A stretch of DNA of 63,680 nt, filler included, from Octopus bimaculoides (lineage: Eukaryota), in the NCBI RefSeq assembly GCF_001194135.2. It is 5 parts of 5 records of this genome, joined end to end, with 100 filler letters (N's around TTAATTAATTAA, not from the genome) between each part and the next. Parts side by side here need not be neighbours in the genome. Positions count along the whole stretch, not along the records: positions 1 to 16,887 come from NC_068986.1; positions 16,988 to 26,020 come from NC_068994.1; positions 26,121 to 34,148 come from NC_068981.1; 2 more parts are not named here. One strand, given 5' to 3'. A program made the translations under genes and the position numbers. Positions within the stretch are counted from its first letter, which is position 1. Every line of letters begins with the position of its first letter. Below the pieces are notes generated by a model. It saw only the letters and a list, made by a program, of their open reading frames with translations, searched no databases and was not told the origin of the DNA. Below, piece by piece: positions 13,369-26,232 of this stretch.

Positions 13369-15844
13369 TACTAAGGAGAACGTTGATTGCCGAGTTCGAT
13401 ATGTATTACACAGACATGTTTATGTGGTTAAGAAATTCACTTGTTTACTAAGTGGTTCCTAGTTCAAATCCATTGCATAACATATAGGGGAAGTATCTTC
13501 TATTGTATCACCGGGTGACATAAGATTCTTGTAGGATATTTTGTGAGTAAAACTGAGTGGAAGACTGACGCTAGAACCGTTACATTTCTCAGGTGGAACA
13601 CTTAATACGTTGCCTGTTTTAACATCACCACCTGGATCACGGGTGCCATTACTCTGTTACATGCATTCGGGCCACATCCCCGGTTTGAAGATATCTTCCA
13701 CCCTCCTGTTATCAGTTTTATATGCCTTAAAACGATATTGGGTACAGGTTTTCCTCGTCTCAGTCATATAAATATAAAGTAAGAAATTAGCAGTTCAAGT
13801 TCCATCAACATCAGAATTATTCACCCACAACGGCTCAATTTCAATCAGTCAGTTGTAAGTACCATCTGATGGTAAGGAAAGAAAAGAAATGTAGAACTGT
13901 TGCCTATGTATAACCTCGCCATCAACAGCTTACGGAAACCAAGGAAAAATTTGTTAGAAATAGCAGCTAAATTCTTCAAAAACCACACTTTACCATTAAA
14001 AATAAGTACCCATTGGATATTGTAGCTCTATGTATACTATAACCAAAATTTCTTTGACATGGATATATTATGTCAAAGGAATGCGTTTGACCATGAGTTG
14101 GCTTTTTAGAACGAAGACAGCAGCAACAGCATAACCAACTTCATCATCGACAACAAAAGCAACGACACTCTGTGCTGGACGATCCAATTATTCTAAACCT
14201 TCACTGCAACACGAATTAAGTTTGTACCGGCAAAAAAGAAATAGATACTTTTATTATATGAACACCCCCCCCCCCCCTTTAAAAAATAAATACTGCCATT
14301 CATCTGAGTTTTCATAATAAAAGACATCCATCAATAGATTTTGAATTGTTATTGATTTTATGAAATCGATAATAAAGACTTCAGATTTTGTTGGATTTTG
14401 TAAAGGTAACGTTGATATAAGGCGAAGCAAGGAGTATATTCAAGTGCGGTTTATCCAGACACTGCGTTCCACTCACTGTGGTCTTCATGATCCCAGTCTA
14501 TGAGGCATCTCCACTCGGTCACTCGATCTGCTAAAATAGCTGTCAAATTACCCTTAAACTACACACTATCGTCTCAAAAAGAGAAGGATACATTACTCAA
14601 TTTGGTCCTACCTGGATATCATGTCTAAATAAAAGATGTTATGGTTACGGCTGAAAGGTCTTTAGTCATAGATCTATTCATCCTTGATTGATCTGGGGAT
14701 AAATAGCAACCTTTATTAAAACAACTAAAACGATCAATTTCAGTTGCGGTTGCTTTTTAACTTAAGGTCGGACAGGCCTATGATAAAAGGCATCCCTTCC
14801 GTGACAGTCTCATCTTTTCCCTATGTAATGGGAACCGAAGACAATATTATCAATGTGTTCTTTTCTTAGGTAGCAGAGGGGGTATTTGAGAGGGATTTAA
14901 ATGTTATTTCTGGCAGGCCTAGAGACTACATAGAAGCTCCTTCGTTGGTTCGTTGACTTTACATTAAAAACTATACACTGGATATTATACGCACCAGCTC
15001 ATGAAAAAAAGGAAAAATAAAGAAATGCCGGCCCACTACAAGGACTTGAACCATCAATCTATTATCTGCGAGAGCAGTCTTATTACTGACGCCAGTATAG
15101 CAGGCCTGAACATTTTCCTGGTTGTTAGATACTGGGCTAAGGCAGCGAGCTGGCAGTATTGTTAGCATCAGACTTAACGTTTTGAGTTCAAATTCCGCAG
15201 AGGTCGACTTTGTCTTTCGGGGTCAAAATAATACTTGTCAAGTATTGGAGTCGATGTAATCGATTATCCCCTATCCCGAAATTTCAGGCCTTAAATACTG
15301 AGTTCTATCTTTTCTGCTATTTATTTTAGCTGTATTATTAACAGAATCGTTAGAGCGTCGAATAGAATGCCTTACGGTATTTGCTTTGACTCACTTCCCT
15401 TTCTGAGTACAAATGCTGTAGAGGCCAATTTTGCTTTTCATTCTTTCGAGGTCAATAAATAAAGTACAAATCTAGAGAAGTACAAGGAACTGCATCTATA
15501 GTATCTAATTATAGCTGTGAGACTATTAGCAACACAGAATAGAAAGCTGTACGCAATGTAAATTACTGATCGCTCCAATGCACAATCAATTTTCTAACAA
15601 TTCAAGTAATTGCGGCTCTATTTTTCTACTAAATTATAATTGTTTAACTCAGATCATCCTTGACCAAGCAAACCAAGCGTCCCAGTCGAGAGAATAATAG
15701 TCTTTTATTGAAACTAAGAAGGTAGATTGTGAAGCGAAGGAGAATTTTGAGCAAATTAAGTGATTACGTAGAGATGACCTCTTTGGTAGTCTCTACACTT
15801 GTTTTAGAGATATTCCAAAAATGAAAAGAAATCAGTTATCTTAC

Positions 15845-16259
15845 CACTGAAGTCGAAGAGTAATTGTCTTTGAAGCAGTGCCGGGTAGACCCAATTGGCA
15901 GTGGTATTAGTGGGTGCCATCTGAGGCATAGACCACGCTGGTAGACAGGGACCATAAATTGATTTCATTGTGTGCCTTGGTGGAAATTCTGCACCGAATG
16001 GAGATACGTCAGGAAGGCTCGAACTTAAAACATTTGAAGCTTCATGTGGAAAAGAACTAGAACAAAGACTTTTCGAGTTTGTACAAAGAGTTTTATCTGG
16101 TGAAGGAGTAAATCGTTTTTCATCTCGAAGAATATCCTCAATAGAAAGAACACGTATTGTGTGTTGCATCTGTTGTTGTCCTACTTTACCGTTCTGTTGT
16201 TGGGAGCATTTCGTTTCTTCACAAAGTTCTGGGTTCTTTAGATTATTGTCGTCGTACAT
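15845..16259 (-). CDS. Abox: Homeobox gene exon 1 (138 aa + 1 nt) with an eh1/Groucho-binding motif LSIEDIL
   Basis: Non-repetitive ORF MYDDNN...VLSIEDILRD...ANWVYPALLQRQLLFDFS; donor G|GTAAG at 15844; phase matches exon 2. An acceptor (tttttttcttaaactcAG) 9 nt upstream of the ATG, in frame, suggests a further upstream exon. Confidence 0.72.
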
Positions 16260-16812
16260 AGTTCTCGCCTGAGTTTAAGAAAAAAAACAATCGAATGTCA
16301 GTCATTATACACTTGTATGTATAGACACATACACATACACATACACACGCACACATGTACATACACAGTAAAGTTAGTAGATCAGACATCAGGTGGCTAG
16401 TCTGGTTCGTGTTGTAATATACACTCATTCGGGCCACCATCCTTCTCTCACCGTATGCAAAAGGTTTAGGTGGGAAGATGGCAGTGGTATGGAGAATAAC
16501 TCAGAGACTCCTGCGGGGAAATTCTCTCTCTTCATCTACAGGACTTTTACTTGAGAAAAAAAACTGTTATCCCCGAATCACTCCTATTTCTCTAACGCAT
16601 CAACATTTTAAAAATAAGTTCGGTTGCTTACACGCAGGAAAGAGTGGTAAGAGATGTAAAAGCATGAAGAAAACTGAACGACTGTAGTATGCAGCTATTG
16701 CTTGAGATTACAAAATAGATTGCGGGCGCATGCGAAATGTGCTACAAGAAGCATTAACAATCTGGTATTAGTTGCTCTCATATCTTAAAGGCACACACAC
16801 ATACATACACAG

Positions 16813-16887
<75 letters not shown>

Positions 16888-16987
16888 NNNNNNNNNNNNN
16901 NNNNNNNNNNNNNNNNNNNNNNNNNNNNNNNTTAATTAATTAANNNNNNNNNNNNNNNNNNNNNNNNNNNNNNNNNNNNNNNNNNNN
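16888..16987. other. Artificial scaffold spacer 44N-TTAATTAATTAA-44N
   Basis: 12-mer at 16932-16943 with stops in all six frames; identical 100-bp structure occurs four times. Confidence 0.9.
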
Positions 16988-17338
16988 TATATCACGCATG
17001 TATACTTATGTATATGCATGTATATATGCTTGTGTGCGTATACACGTAAATACGTCTGTGTGTACGTATGTGTGTGTGTGTGTGTGTGTGTGAGCAGGCT
17101 ATTTTGTGAGAGCATGTATGTTTGTTAGTTACCAAAAGAATCCTTTTGTTTTTCATTTCCACATTCAGAGTCAATGTAGAAACGCAATAAGCAACAACAA
17201 GAACAAAATGGCAAAGACATCAAACAACAACAACAGCAACAACAAAAACAAAACAAGACAAAACAAAAAAAACCAAGAATAGAATAAATTGAACAGAGAG
17301 CAAACGAACAAGAATAAACACCGCCATACACCCCAAAT

Positions 17339-17376
<38 letters not shown>

Positions 17377-18739
17377 TGCACACTTTGCGACACCCCTCCA
17401 CCTCTGTGTGTGCGTGTGTGAATGTTTCTGTTTGTTAACGTAGCACGTACACATAAACATATATGTGTACCTATGTGTGTGTGCGTACATACATACATAC
17501 ATACATACATACATACATACATACATAAAGGTCTTTTTTTTACAAGATACAGTCACAATATTTGAAGAAAGATCTTCATAAAAGCAATTAACTATTTTCA
17601 AAATATCTTAGAAAAATAAAAATGACACGAAGCTTTTGAAATAAAGTTTTCGTCTTCTGTGTAAGCGCTTTCCTCGTTAATTTTTTATTTTTTCCAAACA
17701 CGCGTATTATGGGCATAGTGATAACACGTGTGTCTGAAGATTTGTACTCCGAAAGCTTAATACGAAACTCTAAAATTACGAAACAATACGAAATTCCCAA
17801 AATGTATGTACCATTCTTGTTTTCTAAGATTTTTTGAAACATAGTTAATAACTGATTTTAAAAATCTTTCTTTATATCTCTCTCTCTCTCTCTCTNNNNN
17901 NNNNNNNNNNNNNNNNNNNNNNNNNNNNNNNNNNNNNNNNNNNNNNNNNNNNNNNNNNNNNNNNNNNNNNNNNNNNNNNNNNNNNNNNNNNNNNNNNNNN
18001 NNNNNNNNNNNNNNNNNNNNNNNNNNNNNNNNNNNNNNNNNNNNNNNNNNNNNNNNNNNNNNNNNNNNNNNNNNNNNNNNNNNNNNNNNNNNNNNNNNNN
18101 NNNNNNNNNNNNNNNNNNNNNNNNNNNNNNNNNNNNNNNNNNNNNNNNNNNNNNNNNNNNNNNNNNNNNNNNNNNNNNNNNNNNNNNNNNNNNNNNNNNN
18201 NNNNNNNNNNNNNNNNNNNNNNNNNNNNNNNNNNNNNNNNNNNNNNNNNNNNNNNNNNNNNNNNNNNNNNNNNNNNNNNNNNNNNNNNNNNNNNNNNNNN
18301 NNNNNNNNNNNNNGGGGTCTATTCGTTCGACTAAAACCTTGCAAGACGATGCCCCACCATGGCCACAGTCCGATGATTAGAACAGGCGAAAGAGTGTCCT
18401 TCATTGATATCTGGCCAGGTATTATACAACAACAAAAGATTTATCGTTTCCGGTTAACCACTTCACTCATTTCCTTTCGGGGTGCTAAAACAAAAAAGAC
18501 CCCAAAAAACGTTTTCTCATAAACAGTTGACCATCAATGTCGAGTATCTGTTTCCTGCGATTTAATTTGGTCAGTAGATTATAAGTGGTATTTATTTATT
18601 TATTTATGTTTGATATATTTAAAAAGAAAAAAACTTTTTGTCTGTCTTAATTAGCTAGATAGCCAGCTCGTTATCGAGTTAAACCCGAAATACTTCCATC
18701 CATATTTCTATCTCTTCGTCTATCTATTCATATATTCAT

Positions 18740-19162
18740 CTGCTTGGTAAGACGTTTACTTCCCCACTCCTAACCACATAGTTCTAGGTTCAATACCATT
18801 GCGTGGCAACTTCGGTGAAGCCAAAGTTCGGTAGATGGAAACTGAAAGAAACTTGTCCTATACATATGTGTGTGTGCATACGTCCGTGCGTGCGTGTGTA
18901 CGTGTGTATGTTTACGTGTGCCTGCGCGCGCGCGCGTCCGTCTGTTTGTCTTTCTTTCTGTCCTTGACGTCCCACAACCGCTTGACAACCGATGTTGTTT
19001 TTGTTTGCATCCCCGTAACTTAGCGGTTCAGCAATAGACACTCGATACAACGAAAGTAATAGGCTTTAAGAGATAAAGTTCTGGGGTCTATTCGTTCGAC
19101 TAAAACCTTGCAAGACGATGCCCCACCATGGCCACAGTCCGATGATTAGAACAGGCGAAAGA
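18740..19162 (+). mobile_element. Full-length tRNA-derived SINE with an internal GT microsatellite and a (GATA)n tail
   Basis: Head ggtaagacg...ggttcaatacc; same body as 10280-10680; 3' end ...gaacaggcgaaaga followed by gata repeats. Confidence 0.75.
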
Positions 19163-19163
19163 T

Positions 19164-19207
<44 letters not shown>

Positions 19208-20574
19208 GAGATAGATAGATAGATGAAAAATGTCCTGGTATATTAATAATAATAATGATAACAATAATAATAATAATAATAATAATTACTGTTTAGAAGT
19301 AACGAAGGTATCGTTTCAGATTTAAATTTTATTCTTGATTACTCGTTTATAAGCAAACTAAGAAACAATACTTTCATTTCCTGCTAATTTTTTCTATTTT
19401 TCCAATGTANNNNNNNNNNNNNNNNNNNNNNNNNNNNNNNNNNNNNNNNNNNNNNNNNNNNNNNNNNNNNNNNNNNNNNNNNNNNNNNNNNNNNNNNNNN
19501 NNNNNNNNNNNNNNNNNNNNNNNNNNNNNNNNNNNNNNNNNNNNNNNNNNNNNNNNNNNNNNNNNNNNNNNNNNNNNNNNNNNNNNNNNNNNNNNNNNNN
19601 NNNNNNNNNNNNNNNNNNNNNNNNNNNNNNNNNNNNNNNNNNNNNNNNNNNNNNNNNNNNNNNNNNNNNNNNNNNNNNNNNNNNNNNNNNNNNNNNNNNN
19701 NNNNNNNNNNNNNNNNNNNNNNNNNNNNNNNNNNNNNNNNNNNNNNNNNNNNNNNNNNNNNNNNNNNNNNNNNNNNNNNNNNNNNNNNNNNNNNNNNNNN
19801 NNNNNNNNNNNNNNNNNNNNNNNNNNNNNNNNNNNNNNNNNNNNNNNNNNNNNNNNNNNNNNNNNNNNNNNNNNNNNNNNNNNNNNNNNNNNNNNNNNNN
19901 NNNNNNNNNNNNNNNNNNNNNNNNNNNNNNNTATATATATATATATTTATTTATTTGAAACAGCTGTAAAGACCTATCCACATTTATGTGAATATGTATT
20001 TGCAACATCAAATATAAATGAATCACTTGTTTGTCCATCATTTCTCTCTTTATTATTCACTCGAGTTACGTTACAACCAACTCTTATACTGTTGGACAGA
20101 CACACATGACACATATGAACATATGAACATATATTTCACTACAATATATACGTTTTCACATATTAACTACGCTTGAATCAAGGTTAACAACAAAAACAAC
20201 AAAAACTACAGCAACTATAATAAAGGCCAGTACAAACCTGACCTGTTAAGTGGTCATTTAGGTAGATAAATGTTATGTATATATATATATATATATATAT
20301 ATACATGCATACATACATGCGTACACGGAGAAAGAGAGGGTGAGTACATGCGTTTGTGTATGCGTGGCTGTGTTTGTGTATATGCGGGCGTGTTTCTCGA
20401 ACGTATCAGGTTGACTTTTCTGTTTGGACAAGTGACATATTGTGGTGGGCGGGCGCATAGGTGGAGACGGGGTTAACAGTGACAAAATAATGTGTTTGTG
20501 TGTATGTGTGTGTGTGTGTACGTATGTATGTATCTATCTAGCTATTAGTCTATCTATTTATACATCTATCTATC

Positions 20575-20606
<32 letters not shown>

Positions 20607-21126
20607 NNNNNNNNNNNNNNNNNNNNNNNNNNNNNNNNNNNNNNNNNNNNNNNNNNNNNNNNNNNNNNNNNNNNNNNNNNNNNNNNNNNNNNNNNNNNNN
20701 NNNNNNNNNNNNNNNNNNNNNNNNNNNNNNNNNNNNNNNNNNNNNNNNNNNNNNNNNNNNNNNNNNNNNNNNNNNNNNNNNNNNNNNNNNNNNNNNNNNN
20801 NNNNNNNNNNNNNNNNNNNNNNNNNNNNNNNNNNNNNNNNNNNNNNNNNNNNNNNNNNNNNNNNNNNNNNNNNNNNNNNNNNNNNNNNNNNNNNNNNNNN
20901 NNNNNNNNNNNNNNNNNNNNNNNNNNNNNNNNNNNNNNNNNNNNNNNNNNNNNNNNNNNNNNNNNNNNNNNNNNNNNNNNNNNNNNNNNNNNNNNNNNNN
21001 NNNNNNNNNNNNNNNNNNNNNNNNNNNNNNNNNNNNNNNNNNNNNNNNNNNNNNNNNNNNNNNNNNNNNNNNNNNNNNNNNNNNNNNNNNNNNNNNNNNN
21101 NNNNNNNNNNNNNNNNNNNNNNNNNN

Positions 21127-21185
<59 letters not shown>

Positions 21186-21321
21186 ATGTATATATATAAA
21201 TGTGAGTGACTGCTCTTCAAATACAAACTAACCAACAAATTATTTTACATATGTATATATATAGACACATATATATTTGTGTGTGTATGTATGTATATAT
21301 ACTATCATATGGTTATTATTA

Positions 21322-21368
<47 letters not shown>

Positions 21369-21390
21369 ATTATTGCATCATATGTGTATG

Positions 21391-21422
<32 letters not shown>

Positions 21423-21925
21423 CAAATAGATAGATGCAAATATACATACATACATACATACATACATACACACATACATACAATGGCGTCAACGATCAGC
21501 CAACTACAATAACAATGTCAAACTATCCAGACCTCGTCTTCATCCCCCTTTCTCCTTTCTCTCTACTTCAATAACGAGAAAATGAAAAAACAAAAAAAAA
21601 ATGAAAAGATCAACATAAAACCACCTGAACAATGATACAAAACAAAACAGAAAAATACCATGTCTTCATTCGCGACTGCCTTGTCATATAAGTAAAAAGC
21701 TTGCTTTATCTGCACGTTTGTTTGCAAAGGAATGAATACGTAAATTTTTCCATTTGCAATGTCGTTATGTAAATCTTAGACAATTCCATTATCTGTTATT
21801 CAATCGTTTATATTTATTGCCTGTAGTCTATACGTGTGTGTGTGTTTTAATAGTAAATGCTAAATGTAATCTTTAAGCGTTTAGTTTTGAATTCAATTTA
21901 CTTACGGTCGCTTGTTTGTCTTTGT

Positions 21926-21969
<44 letters not shown>

Positions 21970-22744
21970 NNNNNNNNNNNNNNNNNNNNNNNNNNNNNNN
22001 NNNNNNNNNNNNNNNNNNNNNNNNNNNNNNNNNNNNNNNNNNNNNNNNNNNNNNNNNNNNNNNNNNNNNNNNNNNNNNNNNNNNNNNNNNNNNNNNNNNN
22101 NNNNNNNNNNNNNNNNNNNNNNNNNNNNNNNNNNNNNNNNNNNNNNNNNNNNNNNNNNNNNNNNNNNNNNNNNNNNNNNNNNNNNNNNNNNNNNNNNNNN
22201 NNNNNNNNNNNNNNNNNNNNNNNNNNNNNNNNNNNNNNNNNNNNNNNNNNNNNNNNNNNNNNNNNNNNNNNNNNNNNNNNNNNNNNNNNNNNNNNNNNNN
22301 NNNNNNNNNNNNNNNNNNNNNNNNNNNNNNNNNNNNNNNNNNNNNNTATATATGTACGCATGTATGTATATGTATATATGTGTGTGAACATATCTATAGT
22401 ATAATTGATTGTTTAGTACATAATTGGAGAACTGTCTCTCTCTCTCTCTTTCTCTCACATTTCACTCTTACCACATTTCCACACACACACATATACACAT
22501 ACACATGCACACATACATACGCGCGCGCGCGCACACGCATACACAAATCATAATGTGAAAATGCGTAATAGTTCACATATAGACAGGTAAATCGGAAATA
22601 AGGTAGGAATAAAGCCCATAGTGTTGATGTGATTTAGACAGGAAAATAGATAGTGGTGCCACAGGTGGAAAAAAAAAACAGACCTTGGAACTGAGGGGAA
22701 AGTAGTGTGTAGGGAGTACTTAACAGCTGTTTCTAGAATAATTG

Positions 22745-23260
22745 CATGATTGGTCCAGATCTTCGCTCTCTTCCCTTATTTTCCTTTTCAAGTGAAACTT
22801 GAAGAAGTTGGTCAGGGATTGACCAAAGAGAACGTAGTTGTTTTCAGCCCCTTTAATCTTGTCCACCATACAACATCTTTCGCCATGGCCACCAGTCATA
22901 TAAAGACAGCTTGCTCTTCCCGGTTAAAGGAAGGCGGCGGGTCGATCTTCACGATGGATTCAGTTGACAGCCGGATCCGTCCTACAAGCAGCAGCAGGTG
23001 TTTGAGAGCGGTGCCGATCACTTCCATGTGTTTATTATCCGACATCACTACGTGACATTGTCAGCATATGCCGACACGCAACTCCCGCATCCTAGGTCAT
23101 GCGGGATGCCCCTCAACATCTCTAGTTTGTGTAGTAGTGGCTCAAGAGTCAGTACATACAAGAGAGGTGAGAAGGGGCAACCATGCCAGACTGAGTGCAT
23201 GATGTTGAACGGTTTTGAGAGGTAACTGTTCACTCTGACCACTGAATAGATGTCGGAGCC
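22745..23260 (-). mobile_element. L1/Tx1-clade LINE fragment (RT core plus C-terminal remnant)
   Basis: VRVNSYLSKPFNIMHSVWHGCPFSPLLYVLTLEPLL...VSAYADNVT matches RT GVRQGCPLSP and YADD motifs; degenerate. Confidence 0.8.
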
Positions 23261-23609
23261 ACCAGAAAAGGGAAGGGCTAGTAATCAATCCTAACAAGTA
23301 ACATTGTATCTCTCAAAGAAATTTAAAAAAAAAAGTCTAAATATAATGATCTCGAAATAGAGATAACCATGATTTAAGAAGTGAATACAGAAACAATCTC
23401 TATAGCGCTGGGGTTGATTACAAAACGGTGCTGGTAAATATATAGTCAAAAGCGTAGGACACGCATATATTCACAAGGGACATACAATCACAACAAAGCA
23501 TTGTACACATGGATTGTACAGGGAGTATCTTTAAAAACAATAGGAAATACCCAAACAAAACAATGTATGGTCTCAACGCAATGAAAGAAAGCAGTAAGAA
23601 GATAACTGC

Positions 23610-23611
23610 TC

Positions 23612-23682
<71 letters not shown>

Positions 23683-23878
23683 ACAGCAGCAGCAGCAGTA
23701 GTAGTAGTGTGAAGCAAATTATTAAACAGAGATGGGATTGAGAGCCACTGGAAATTAATAAGATCCAGTGTATTGGTGGAGAATGATAACCCAAGCAACA
23801 GTGAGCGTTAAATGATATGGTCCTTGGGGAATCATGAAATGGGGTTTATTTTATGTATAAATAACAGAAACCCCAGGA

Positions 23879-23944
<66 letters not shown>

Positions 23945-24263
23945 TATATATACACACATGGAAAGTAGTAATGACAAAGCACTGCACACATCATCATCTT
24001 CTACTTCTACTACTACTACTGCTGCTGCTGCTGCTGATGATGATGATGATACCTTTATTGCCGCTGCTACTACCACCACGACCACTACCACCACTACAGT
24101 CGCAACTGCCACCCTCTCACCGCCACCACCACCACCACACCACCACCAACACAACTATTGACACTACTTATACTGCTACAACCACTACCATCACCACTGC
24201 TACTTTTACTGTTACTGTTGCTACTAATAATTGTACTATTACCGCTACAACTGCTACCAAAAT

Positions 24264-24307
<44 letters not shown>

Positions 24308-24492
24308 TTACAGCTACTACTGCATGTGGTAATATTAGCACTACGACTACTATCATCACTACCACTACTACTACTATTACTACTCTACTACTAAGTCTTC
24401 CTTTACTAATACTACTACCACAGTCACCACTTCCGTACCACCACTACAACTAATGCCGCTACTGCTACTACTACTGCTACTACTACTACTAT

Positions 24493-24585
<93 letters not shown>

Positions 24586-24600
24586 CAACAATATTGTTAC
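23610..24600. repeat. Mosaic of trinucleotide microsatellites (TAG, CAG, CTA, ACC, ACT, AAT) and (CA)n
   Basis: Direct tandem runs; all overlapping homopolymer-rich ORFs are artefacts. Confidence 0.9.
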
Positions 24601-25180
24601 TACTACGTTGAGCACTTTCACTACATTGCTAAAAAACACGCAACCAAAAACGGAGCCCTGCACAACACCGAAATCAGACACAAGTGATTTCCATTGTGGA
24701 GCGAAACCCATAAGGGACCAGTGTACTGGGGTACAATAATAGACATAACATATAAATAGACGAATCCATACACATGGGTATATATTCATGCATGTGCAAA
24801 TCCGTATGTGTGTGTGGGGGGGTTATTTATATACATTTTTTTGTCCACATAGGTTACTCTGTCTTTCTGTAGAATTCAAATTTATTACTCTTAAACAAGA
24901 ATATTATCGAGAGTGACTTAGAAATTTCCCACAGTCCCACAATGGCTTAACTGGTCGATACTTCGAAGTCACTGTCAATATTCTTGTTCAAGAATGATGT
25001 CTGTGTTTAAGTGTGTGTATTTGTCTCAGTGTGTATATGTGTATAGTTTTATGTATTTGTATGTATATATATATATATATATATATGTAAATATGCATGC
25101 AATATATTTATGTATACTCATACACATATATACGCCAATAGATGTATATATACGTGTGTATGTACATATATTTATGTAAG

Positions 25181-25259
<79 letters not shown>

Positions 25260-25536
25260 GTTTCTGTACACATATATATACTAATATATGCACATGCATG
25301 CGATTATATATAAAGAAAAAGATTTTCAATTATTAATTTTACAGTAAATTGTATTAAAAATTGTATAAATATTAATTCAAAGTAGAGAAATGTCCCAAAA
25401 ACCTTCAGTGGGAATCGAACCACGCATTAACCATTATCCAGACGACTGTGCTAACCTTTGCACCAAAGCGCCGTTGCTGCGAATTCAGATGCGGTGTTTA
25501 AGCCTCAGAAACTGCGACAGTTACGAATAAAAATAA

Positions 25537-25580
25537 TACCTAGTAGTTTCGTCTTCCTTTAGACTCTTCAGTGAGTGTAT
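25537..25580 (-). ncRNA. Hammerhead ribozyme-like core (stem I degenerate)
   Basis: Minus strand reads CTGAAGA-GTCT-aaagga-AGAC-GAAA-CT-acta-G-GTA: full catalytic consensus, 4-bp stem II, GUA cleavage triplet. Confidence 0.45.
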
Positions 25581-26020
25581 GCTTATATACATATATTTGC
25601 ATTTATGTGTGTGTACATAAATGTAGATAAACAGATAAGTAGGTAGGTAGACAGACAGATAGATTTACAATATGTATATATATAAATATATATATATATT
25701 TCAAAATGTCATCCGATAATCACTCCGGAAAGGAATATTCGGATAGAATGGGGCTTGCTAAAACTAGGCCGAAACAGCTGTAAGATTAAACTTCTGTTCA
25801 TCCTCTAATTCCTTATGTACTTTGTACTTCTATATGTAAACCATGTTGGCAAAATAACATAGTCTGCCATAGACACCTGTGCTTTGGTTCTTCCTTTCTT
25901 TTTCTTTTCTTCCTTTTTTGTCACTTTTGCTATGAATTAAATTAATGAATTCAACGAGATACACCGTCTGCAAGTAGTTGGGTTCAGCATATTATCCTCC
26001 ATTTTCTAATTGTTACACAA

Positions 26021-26120
26021 NNNNNNNNNNNNNNNNNNNNNNNNNNNNNNNNNNNNNNNNNNNNTTAATTAATTAANNNNNNNNNNNNNNNNNNNNNNNN
26101 NNNNNNNNNNNNNNNNNNNN
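26021..26120. other. Artificial scaffold spacer 44N-TTAATTAATTAA-44N
   Basis: 12-mer at 26065-26076. Confidence 0.9.

Positions 26121-26232
<112 letters not shown>

Noticed and set aside
15970-16272. 100-aa plus-strand ORF
   Set aside because: Antisense shadow of Abox exon 1; no independent motif
16700-16790. GCGCATGCG (NRF1-like) site at 16726-16734 as the Abox promoter
   Set aside because: A single short motif next to a scaffold join is insufficient support
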